From Klebsormidium nitens (taxonomy: Eukaryota > Plantae > Klebsormidiophyceae), in assembly GCA_000708835.1 (NCBI GenBank), contig DF236967.1:1-64000 (forward strand): a stretch of DNA of 64,000 bases. The letters run 5' to 3'. A program made the translations under genes and the position numbers. The notes beneath the pieces are model-generated. The model worked only from the letters and a program-made list of their open reading frames with translations, did no database searches and had not been told where the DNA came from. Shown here piece by piece: positions 1 to 9,174 of this stretch (positions are counted from its first letter, which is position 1; the number at the start of each line of letters is the position of its first letter).

Positions 1-2065
1 AGCGGCCGCGCGGGGTGGCGATGACGACTCCGCGGGCGCCACGTCAGGGATCAGGGACTTAGGCCAGGCCGCCGTGGAGGGTTTCGCCAGGTGCTCCGGC
101 ATGGGTGGCGGAGGAGGCGTAAGGAGAGCCTTCTCGGCGGGACGGCTGATGGTGACGTCAGCAGCAAGTGGGGCTGGCGCCGCCGGTGCTGGGGCTGCTT
201 TTGACGTCTTCTTGGTGAGTTGGCTGACGAGGAGCGCGTCGTTCGCCTCCTTCAGAGTGTTTGGCGCGGGCGGCCGCGGTGGCCTTGGCGCCGTCGGGGG
301 AGAGGTGCCGTCCTTCAAGTGTTGCAGGACGGTGGGGAGCTTGGAGAAGTGCTCCGCGAGGCCGACACGTGGCGGACTAGGCGTCCTCTCGAGGTCGAGC
401 ATTTGTGGAGAAGGGGAGCGCATCGGGGGCGCGCTCGAGGGGTCGTAGTCGCCATTGTTGAGGGACGCTTGGAGGTGGTGCTTGACGGTGCGTCCGATGG
501 CGACGGTGTTGGGGCGCAGAGTGCGCGACTGAGACTCCGTGGGGTTGTGGCCGACGTATGCCACGACGGTGTGTTCAGCGCCCTTGCCGCGCTTGAAGAC
601 GCGGGGCTCCGCGGCTGCTTTGCGCAGGGACGTCATGGTCGCCTGGTGGCGCTCCTCGGTGACTGGGCTGCGGTGAGGGCCGGGCGGAGGCGACCTGTTG
701 AAGACTTGAGGCTGATTCGGGGGCGGCTGCCGTCGGTTGGCGCTGAGGTCGCCTGTGGAAGCCGAGCGGCCGCGAGGGACGAAGGGGGACGGGGCGCGCT
801 CGCGGTAGTTGCGACGGGAAGAAGGGGAGCGCCCACGGTGGCGCGGGAGCGACCTGTCAGGGCGCCTAGGCGAAGGAGAGCGCTCGAGGCGACGCTGACG
901 TGGCTCGACGCTCTCCTGCTGACCTTCATCAGACCGCTTTCGCTTGGAGGGGCCTTCGTCAGGGCCAGGAGACCGCCGGTCGCGGCCGCTGCGGTCGCCG
1001 CCACCGCCGCTCGGGCCAGGAGGGGGATCCCTCGTGGAGCGGTCGCCTTGGCCGCGATCGTCGCGGGGAGGCCGCCGCCGCCGCCGCCGGGACCGGGCGC
1101 AGGGGGAGCGCCAACTTGTGTCGCCGTTCCGGACAGCATGCGATGAAGGAAGGCGCTCAGATGGCCCGCCAAGCCGGAGTCGACGCGCGTCGTCGCAGGG
1201 ATGAGCTGGCAGAGTCCCAAAATGATGGGCTGGTTGCCCGAAGGCGCAGGCCTGCCAGAGGGGTTTTGAAGGGGGATGGCGGTGAGCTGGCTGATCAGCT
1301 GGTGGATGTCGCCCCACCTTGGATCCGGGCTTGTGACGGAGAGCGCGGAAACGGACGCCAGGAGTTGGAGGAGCGCGCCCTGGAGCGCGTTTCTCGGGTT
1401 GGCGGTGTCGGCGCTCGACGCGAAGACAGCGGCGAAGTCAGGGGTAACAGTGGCGCTGATGATGGGGGGCTGAGCACGCGGCTGGCGTGAAGGGCGCCGC
1501 GGGGTAGGCCGCGTCGCCGGGGGAGCCGGGTGACGAGCGGACGTGCCGGTCGGGTCCGCCTCAGCGGCCGCCACGTCGTGGATGGGGCCGGCCGCGCGGA
1601 CTGCAGCGCGTCGGGGGGACGTCTCGCGCTCGGTCGCGGGCCGCACCGCCATAGGGGAGGTGTCAGGGGATGCCCAAGGAACGGATGGCTCGTCGAAGGC
1701 GCCAGCGTTCCTCCGGAGGCAGTCCATGACGTAACGTCGCGCCTCCAGTGGGTACAGCGTCTTGACGTCACGGCCGCCGTCGAGGAGGGGGTGACCTGGC
1801 AGCCTGACGTCAGAGAGACGCCTGTTCAGCGCCCACCAGTAAGGGGCGCGCGGCCGCCTCGTCGGCCCCAAGCCGATGATGGCGCCAGCTGGCAGCGGCA
1901 CGTTCCGGAGGATGGCGACCGCCTCGTCGTAAACAAAAAAGCGCGTACGCGCCGTGCGGTTGACGTGGTACTGGCGGAAGACGTACTCCCAGGTCCCGTA
2001 CGGGGCGGTGTGCGCGCGGTCCACCGGGGAGAGGTAGAGTGGGGCTGAGTTGTTGGGGCTGTACA
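1..2065 (-). CDS. Accessory ORF part B (partial at both ends, frameshifted near 1075-1090): Trp/Tyr-rich segment, helical segment, then Gly/Arg-Ser-rich and Pro-rich regions
   Basis: The frame of track ORF 633..2024 is open back to the gap edge (YSPNNSAPLYLSPVDRAH...). A second minus frame is open from 1437 to position 1 and reads PPRDDRGQGDRSTRDPPPGPSGGGGDRSGRDRRSPGPDEGPSKRKRS...RSPSPRRPDRS...MTSLRKAAAEPRVFKRGKG... The most natural switch point is the (GGC)n run. Confidence 0.55.
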
Positions 2066-2821
2066 NNNNNNNNNNNNNNNNNNNNNNNNNNNNNNNNNNN
2101 NNNNNNNNNNNNNNNNNNNNNNNNNNNNNNNNNNNNNNNNNNNNNNNNNNNNNNNNNNNNNNNNNNNNNNNNNNNNNNNNNNNNNNNNNNNNNNNNNNNN
2201 NNNNNNNNNNNNNNNNNNNNNNNNNNNNNNNNNNNNNNNNNNNNNNNNNNNNNNNNNNNNNNNNNNNNNNNNNNNNNNNNNNNNNNNNNNNNNNNNNNNN
2301 NNNNNNNNNNNNNNNNNNNNNNNNNNNNNNNNNNNNNNNNNNNNNNNNNNNNNNNNNNNNNNNNNNNNNNNNNNNNNNNNNNNNNNNNNNNNNNNNNNNN
2401 NNNNNNNNNNNNNNNNNNNNNNNNNNNNNNNNNNNNNNNNNNNNNNNNNNNNNNNNNNNNNNNNNNNNNNNNNNNNNNNNNNNNNNNNNNNNNNNNNNNN
2501 NNNNNNNNNNNNNNNNNNNNNNNNNNNNNNNNNNNNNNNNNNNNNNNNNNNNNNNNNNNNNNNNNNNNNNNNNNNNNNNNNNNNNNNNNNNNNNNNNNNN
2601 NNNNNNNNNNNNNNNNNNNNNNNNNNNNNNNNNNNNNNNNNNNNNNNNNNNNNNNNNNNNNNNNNNNNNNNNNNNNNNNNNNNNNNNNNNNNNNNNNNNN
2701 NNNNNNNNNNNNNNNNNNNNNNNNNNNNNNNNNNNNNNNNNNNNNNNNNNNNNNNNNNNNNNNNNNNNNNNNNNNNNNNNNNNNNNNNNNNNNNNNNNNN
2801 NNNNNNNNNNNNNNNNNNNNN
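2066..2821. other. Assembly gap (756 N)
   Basis: Run of N; the true length is unknown. Confidence 1.
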
Positions 2822-2836
2822 CTGTTCAGCGCCGCT

Positions 2837-4747
2837 TCAGTACATCATGTAGTACTCGATGGAGTTGCATCGGCTGGCGAGGAGCATCTGTGGTCTCCAG
2901 TCGGCTTCTGCAGTGGGGTGATAGTTGCCCATCCACTCGCTGTAGACCACTCGTTGGTGACCTTCAGGGGAGTTGTGGCCCGGCTGGGCCCGGTAGGCAG
3001 CGATGACGTCGAAGAACCTGTCGATGGGGAGGTGTTGTAGGGCGCGGAACTCGATGACGCCATCAGGGACGTCAGCGATGCCGCGGCACATCCAACCCGC
3101 CATCTGGAAGTCGATGGAGTTGAGCCAGAAGTAGTAGTGGCCGGGGGCGAAGTCGTGCGGCCGCGTCACGAATTGGGCGTCCCATGCCAGCTGGCAGAAG
3201 GAGGGCTGGGCTTCCTCCTGGCGCGGGTCGTAGACGTCGATTTTGAGGTGACGCCAGCGGGGGAAGATGTGAAGCTGGAGGGCTGACGTCACCGGGAGGA
3301 GGTTGTAGGACTTGATGCCGGTGGTCGGGCCATAGTCCTCCGCGGGGGTCTGGTTCTTAGACTGGTTGGCAAACCAGTCGGTGATGACAGAGCTGGCGTC
3401 AGCGTACGGGCGCGTCTTCAGCAGTTTGACGACGGTCCCGTCGCCGTTGGTGGTGAAGGTCTTCACGCGGCCCAACTGGAAGCAGTTGATGCCGTGCGTG
3501 TCGTAGTCGCTCCCGTTGTACCAGACAACTAGGTCTGGCACAACCCAGACTTTGTCGGCGGCGAGAATGCCGTTGTTGTAGAAGTTGCGGGAGCGTCCGT
3601 TGAATTCCTCCGGGGTGGGGGCGTGGCGAATGGTGTTGCCCAGCGTCTGCCACGTGCCGCCCTCACAGGTGACGTGGCGGTCTTGGCCTGCGCTGTCGGT
3701 GAAGATGGGGATGTGCAACCCCTGTTCCTGGAGCCACTGGGAGTGGGTGGAATCCATCGCCCCGCCTTCGATGGTTCCATCAAGCTGTCCGCCGGTGTGG
3801 ACGACGCGCCTCTTGCCGTCGTAATCTCTGGCGTAACCGGTGTGGCTGAAGACGTCAGCGGCCTCCTTCCGCAGGGCGTCAGTCTGCTCCATGATTGGGC
3901 CACGTTCCGGGGGGTCCACCAGGGGGTGTTGCTGCGCCAGCCGCCGCAGCTCCTGTTGGATGGTTTCGCCCTGGGCAGCCACCTGCTGGACTGCGGGTTG
4001 GGCCTCCGTGGACGGCGGGGCCGCCGGGAGTGCGGTCGTCTGAGGGGTCGCCGTCGAGGGGGGTCCTTCTGCACCCGGGGCGCCTTCCGCGGCCGCTTCG
4101 CGGCCTTCCTGCACGCCCTGGGCACGTGGCTCCGCGGCCGCCACAGCTCCTGCCCCCGCCTCCTGCTCCTGAAGCGCCTGCGAGCGCCTGATGGCCTGAT
4201 CCAACTCTTCTTCAAACTCGTCCCCCCTACCTGTGCCGCCGAGAGGGATCTCCGGGCGAGGGACCTCCCGCACTTCCTCCTCTGCTGCAAATTCGGGGCC
4301 TCCTTCTTCCAACGCCTCCTCGTCCACCGCCTGGCCCTCCTGGAATGGAATGATGACGTCTTCTGACGCCTCGCGCGCGCGCTCCGGGGGGTCCATCAGG
4401 ACATCGGCACAGACTTTGGTGAGGCCCAAAACTGGCCACAACTGCAGCAGCTTGTTCTTCACCCGGTCATCACCGGCCGCCAACTCGAGCTGCATCACCC
4501 GGTACTTGGGTAGCATCGCCATCAGCTGAGCCGCGTCGGGGGCTCCCTCCATCTTGCTGCAGACTTCCCGAAGGATTTCGATTTCACGCCGCTTCAGCAG
4601 TGGTACGGAGAGCAGGGGCACCGCCTTCTGGGCCGTCGCAATCTCCTCCTCCGTTGGGCCAAATGTCGTTTCGCTGGTGCCGCCGCAGGAAAAGGGGTCC
4701 TCTCCTTCGCTCGGTACCCAGGTGCGGGGCCATTTAGCCGCTGCCAT
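2837..4747 (-). CDS. Accessory ORF part A, 636 aa, unknown function; UIM-like motif plus an aromatic/beta-rich C-terminal domain with a BAH-like segment
   Basis: Uninterrupted ORF with the ATG in CCACCATGG context. It contains EEELDQAIRRSQ (acidic-L-x-x-A-x-x-x-S). No transmembrane segment is visible. Confidence 0.75.
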   Translation of the reverse strand: MAAAKWPRTWVPSEGEDPFSCGGTSETTFGPTEEEIATAQKAVPLLSVPLLKRREIEILREVCSKMEGAPDAAQLMAMLPKYRVMQLELAAGDDRVKNKLLQLWPVLGLTKVCADVLMDPPERAREASEDVIIPFQEGQAVDEEALEEGGPEFAAEEEVREVPRPEIPLGGTGRGDEFEEELDQAIRRSQALQEQEAGAGAVAAAEPRAQGVQEGREAAAEGAPGAEGPPSTATPQTTALPAAPPSTEAQPAVQQVAAQGETIQQELRRLAQQHPLVDPPERGPIMEQTDALRKEAADVFSHTGYARDYDGKRRVVHTGGQLDGTIEGGAMDSTHSQWLQEQGLHIPIFTDSAGQDRHVTCEGGTWQTLGNTIRHAPTPEEFNGRSRNFYNNGILAADKVWVVPDLVVWYNGSDYDTHGINCFQLGRVKTFTTNGDGTVVKLLKTRPYADASSVITDWFANQSKNQTPAEDYGPTTGIKSYNLLPVTSALQLHIFPRWRHLKIDVYDPRQEEAQPSFCQLAWDAQFVTRPHDFAPGHYYFWLNSIDFQMAGWMCRGIADVPDGVIEFRALQHLPIDRFFDVIAAYRAQPGHNSPEGHQRVVYSEWMGNYHPTAEADWRPQMLLASRCNSIEYYMMY

Positions 4748-5522
4748 GGTGGGGTGCTGTAATTGGTGCAGGAGGGATCCTGCTGATCGGGGGCTGTTCG
4801 ACTGGGATGGGAACGATAAGCTAGAGGAGCCAGACGCCAGCGCTATGAGAAGAACGGATTCTGAGATGGGTGTTTTGAGAATGTGGGAATGAGGGAAGCT
4901 GGCGGTTTGGACGAGAGGACGAAGCTACAGAAGGAAGTAAGGCTGTAGCCTCGAAGTGTAGGGGGAGCTAGCTCTAAGAATGGAAGAGTCTACTTTCGGC
5001 AGAGTAGATTGATGGCTGGGCTCCCGGACTTGTCGCGTAGACCCGAAAATGGCGGCGAACCGAACCAATACGAGAGAAAGTTGTCTCGGCCTACTCTCGT
5101 AGCTATCCTCGGGTTCTGACGAATGATTCTGCGGCGTTTGGGCTCTCGGGGAAGCTCTGCAGGCTCCCCGCTGACCTTTGTCAGGTCAACGTTGGGGGTC
5201 AAACTAGTCAACCTTTACTAAATCGAGCCCGCGGGTCTTGGGTCTTTTCCGAGGTTGCAACTATTGGGATTCTACGAGAGCGTCGGGCGTCTGCCTGATA
5301 AGGTTCTATCTGAGAGGAAGTGTCTCCGGTTTCTACTGCTACGAGAGGGCTTACTACTGAACTGGAATCGACTGGGTCTTCCTAGGTGACCTGCGGGGTC
5401 TGCTAACTTTTAAATCGACTAATCCTATTGTCACCGTAGATCGAAACCCTAGCGGTTATGCGCGCGCGTCGACCGGGTTTTGAAGTCGACCGCGTAACTC
5501 GGGGACCGGGCGCGTCGGGGGA

Positions 5523-6700
5523 TCACTCGCCGGCCGCCGGCTCGCGATGTTCGTGAATCAGGGTCACGTGGCGAGTCCAGCAAAGTTGATTGGCGTCCTC
5601 CAGGATGGCGACTTGCGCGTTGTCGTCCATGAAGCCGACGAATTGGTAGGGCCCTTCCCAGCCCAGGTCCAGCGGGTGTTGTTTGCGGGTCTTCCGCATG
5701 ACGACTTTGTAGCCAGGCGCCAAGTTGGACGCGCGGTAAACGCCTCGGTGTTGGCGCTTCTTGAAGGCTTCGATCGCCTTTTGCTGGCGCACGTCCTGGT
5801 TAAAGGCCGCCGCTCGGTAAATCTGCGCCTGGCGGGTCGCGCGGAGTAGGGCGTTAAGCCTCTGTGTTGCCACAATGTCCTCCAGGCAGCGGCCAGTGAC
5901 GTCATCGACCTCCTCGTCGGTGGCCGCCAGAGTGGTTTTGTAGCGCTGGGCGAACAGTCGTTCCACCGGGAGCACCGGGTGGCGGCCGTACACCATGTGA
6001 AACGCCGAGAAGAGGGTGGCGCCCCGCACGCAGATTCGATGAGCGAACAGCAAGTCGTAGAAGTAGCGCGGCCAGTCGTCGCCGTAGCGAGCTTGAAGCT
6101 TGCGCAGCCCCCGCTTGAAGTGCTTGACCGCTGATTTCGCCAGGCCGTTGATCCAGGGGGAATACGCCGGTAGGGGTTGGATGTAAGTGCCTTTCTCCTG
6201 GCACAGGCTTTTGACAGCGCCCACCGAGAGTGCGTTGTCCATGGTGATGACCGCCGGGGAGCCATGATGGCTGAATAGTTCGCGCCGAAGGAAATCCGCT
6301 ACTTCCTCGGTATCATTCCGAGCGCAGAAGGCCGCCAAGGACGTAATGCGTGTGGTAGTCCTCTAGGAGCGCCACGTATCGGTAGCCTTCCTTCGTGGGA
6401 GGAAAGGGGCCCAGCAGATCCAGGCCCACCTTTTCCCAGGGGAGGTCCGTCTCGGTGGGCACCAAGGTCCGATTGTCCGAGCGCTCCGTGGTGGGTTGGT
6501 TCGCCAGCTGGCACAGCGGGCACGTGACCACGTGGTCCGTGATGTCCTTGCCCATTCCGTGCCAGTAGAAGCGGTCGGTGATCAGCTTGCGGGTCTGTTT
6601 GTCGTTAGGGTGGCCGTTTTGGTTATGCAGGTGGTACATAACCGACTCCGCTTCTGCCTTCGTCAGGACGGGCCTTCGAATGGTGTCCGGGGGCGGCGCT
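5523..6700 (-). CDS. Integrase (HHCC zinc domain, DDE core, GPY motif; no chromodomain)
   Basis: HLHNQNGH...CPLC; WEKVGLDLLGP; ITMDNA; NGLAK; GWEGPY. Split by a frameshift near 6318. Confidence 0.92.
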
Positions 6701-8046
6701 TGGTTGGGTTGCGCCTTCGGGGAAGCCAGGCAATAAAGCCGTTCGCCCTCCTGATGGTACATTTTGGATCGGTCGCGGATTTGGCGTCGGAGGTCCTTCC
6801 TTCGGGTTACTGACTCGCTGTGGAAGGAGGGAAGGTAGCCGGTTTTGAGGTAGTACGCCACGTCAATGTCTCCGATGACGTACTCCATCAGGTCTGGAGT
6901 TGGGAAGCTCGACAGGTCGAAGGGGGGTGGGTTGTCGAGTTCGGGCGCCGGCAAAGGGGGGATGGCAGCTTCCGTTGGTTCCGGCGGTACGTTCTTCGAG
7001 AGTTCGATCTCCTGCTGTAGGCCCTGCCGAAGGTGCTGAACAGTGGTCTTCACTCGTTGAAGTGCGTCGGCCGCCGTGAGGTTGGGGTCTTGTTGAACTA
7101 GCGTGAGCGCCACTCGCTCGGTGAGAGTCGCCGCTCTCACCAGGCTGTCGTCCCCTCCATTTCGGTGAAACTTCGCGGCTCGACTCCAGTCGACCATTCT
7201 GGCCTCCGTTAGTGCGTCTAGGTCTGGGAAGGTTGGGGGTGCTGGCGGCAGCTTCTTGGCCTCTTCGTGAGCTTGACATATTTCGAAAATGTCCCAGCCA
7301 AGCTGCGCGTCTAGCAGCTTCACCTCGTCTAGCCTCAGATCCGGGTCCAGCTTCGTTGGTAGGAGGGGTGCTGACGTCAGCGTCGGGGAGAGATCGGCGC
7401 TGTCCGGGGGTCCAGCCTCCGGTGGTGACGTCATGACGAGGGCGGTCCGGTCCTCCAACGCCAGGCGCTTAGTCGGGAGCTCCGTTTGGTCGCCTTCAGT
7501 CTCCGTTAGATTGCGCTTTTCTCCAAGGTTGACAGTCGCTGGGGGCCGCTCCAAGGGAGGTTCGTCCGAGGCGCTTCCCTTCTGCGGCTGTGCGTCCGCC
7601 GCGGGGGCTGCCAGCACCAAGCACGCCTCCGTTTCTCCGTCCGGGTCCGGTTGCTCTGTCGCCGCAGGCTCCGAAGTCGCGGCCGCCAGCGCCTTCGGTA
7701 GGGCTTCCGGTAAGTCTGTGGTGTGCTTCGAAGTCGCGGCCGCCAGCGTTGGTTCTTTTGATGCTGTCACCGCGCGCGTTTGTAGCGCAAAGTCTGGGTG
7801 CTGGGCGGCCCAAAGTCGGTAGGGGACTGCCACAGCTCCGTGTAACGCGCCGGCTGGTTCCGGTAATCGGTCCTTCTCGCCGTATGGAACGGCGGGGTGC
7901 TGCCGGGCCCAGTCCTCATAGCGTATGGTGGGTACACCTCTGTCCCCTTGCAATTCCGAGACGTCCCGGGCTCGGTCAATTGTACAAACCAAAGGTGGAG
8001 TGCCCGGTTGATCTGTGGGTGGGGGGGAGGGAATTCGTGCTTTCCA

Positions 8047-9174
8047 TTAGTCGGTACTGGGCTCGCAGTAGTTGACCGTCGGGGCAGCTTCCACCAGTTC
8101 GCCGCCAAAGTGGGGTTGGTACGTGGAGAAAACGTCGAGCGGGACGACATCGGGTTCCCACTCCGGCAGAGGTGGTGCGGCGCAAGACGTTTCGAATGAG
8201 GGGAGCCAGTCGGGGGCAAAACCGTCTGCCAGAATCATATTGACCTCCGGCAAAGCGGCCTCCGTTTGGAGCTTGCGCGCGCGCGTTGGGCACTCCTGGT
8301 AGAAGTGTCCGGGTCGCGCACAGTCGAAACACTCGCGGTGTTCGAATGGTGGGGGCGCGGGCGCGCGTCGGCGCGACCGTTCGATTGTGAGGACGGTGGG
8401 GGCCTCCGTGTGCGGCAGCTCGCCGGTGGGGAAGCTGGCGTAAGCGGGGAGGTCATCCCAGTCCGTCGGCGGGGGGTCGTCATGGGGGTGCCGGCTTAGC
8501 GGGTCCACGTTGCTGTGAATGCGTCCGGCGCGGTGCACAACGGTAAAGTTGTACTCCATCAGCTTCATGTGCCAGCGCGCCAACCGCCCGGTAAGGTTGC
8601 GTTGTTGGTGAAGATACACCAGCGGGTTGTGGTCCACCCGGCAGGTAAAGGTGGGCCCGCCATAGAGGTAAGGACGAAATTTGACGGTGATGGCCCACAC
8701 CATTGCCAAAAGTTCGCCATCGGTGGTGGAATAGTTAACCTCAGCGCCGTGAAGGGAGCGCGAGGCGAATGCGACCGGGTGCTCTTTCCCGTCCCCGTCT
8801 AGTTGGCTGAGAGCGGCGCCGATTCCGTCGGTGCTGTAGTCGGTGTAGACAATGAATGGCTTCGTCGGGTCCGGCCGCACGAGAATGGGGGCGGTGCAGA
8901 GCGCCTTCTTGAGAGTGGCGAACGCGCGCGCTTGTTCGGGACTCCATTCAAACGCTGTGCCGAGCTTGGTCAGATGATGCAGGGGCTTCGCCGTTCGGGA
9001 GAAGTTGGCGATGAAGTGGCGGTAGTAGCCCACCATGCCGAGGAACGCGCGCACTTCGGAGACGTTAATTGGCGTCATCCAGCTGGCCACCGCCTTCACC
9101 TTCTCGGGGTCCGGCAAAAGCTGGTTTTCGCGGACGATGTGTCCGAGATGTTCGGCTTCGCTCGCGCCGAAGAG
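8047..9174 (-). CDS. RT C-terminus, RNase H, extra CCHC knuckle
   Basis: LFGASEAEHLGHIV...PDPEKV; YTDYSTDGIGAAL; YSTTDGELLA; VDHNPL; CFDCARPGHFYQEC. Confidence 0.92.
   Translation of the reverse strand, partial: LFGASEAEHLGHIVRENQLLPDPEKVKAVASWMTPINVSEVRAFLGMVGYYRHFIANFSRTAKPLHHLTKLGTAFEWSPEQARAFATLKKALCTAPILVRPDPTKPFIVYTDYSTDGIGAALSQLDGDGKEHPVAFASRSLHGAEVNYSTTDGELLAMVWAITVKFRPYLYGGPTFTCRVDHNPLVYLHQQRNLTGRLARWHMKLMEYNFTVVHRAGRIHSNVDPLSRHPHDDPPPTDWDDLPAYASFPTGELPHTEAPTVLTIERSRRRAPAPPPFEHRECFDCARPGHFYQECPTRARKLQTEAALPEVNMILADGFAPDWLPSFETSCAAPPLPEWEPDVVPLDVFSTYQPHFGGELVEAAPTVNYCEPSTD

Noticed and set aside
74-2048. Plus-strand ORFs 74..448, 220..1146, 900..1490, 1530..2048
   Set aside because: Antisense shadows of GC-rich minus-strand coding sequence; Arg/Gly/Ala-rich with no motifs.
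2039-3040. Track ORFs of 333 and 318 aa
   Set aside because: Artefacts of translating through the N gap.
2837-4747. env-like gene, suggested by its position after pol
   Set aside because: No signal peptide, transmembrane anchor or furin-type site is visible.
5523-5650. Chromodomain at the integrase C-terminus (chromovirus)
   Set aside because: The protein stops about 35 aa after GPY with no aromatic-cage pattern.
6850-8480. Additional archaeal-type RNase H in the tether (Tat/Ogre-like)
   Set aside because: No D-G-[AS]..G.G / N..AE..A pattern is seen.
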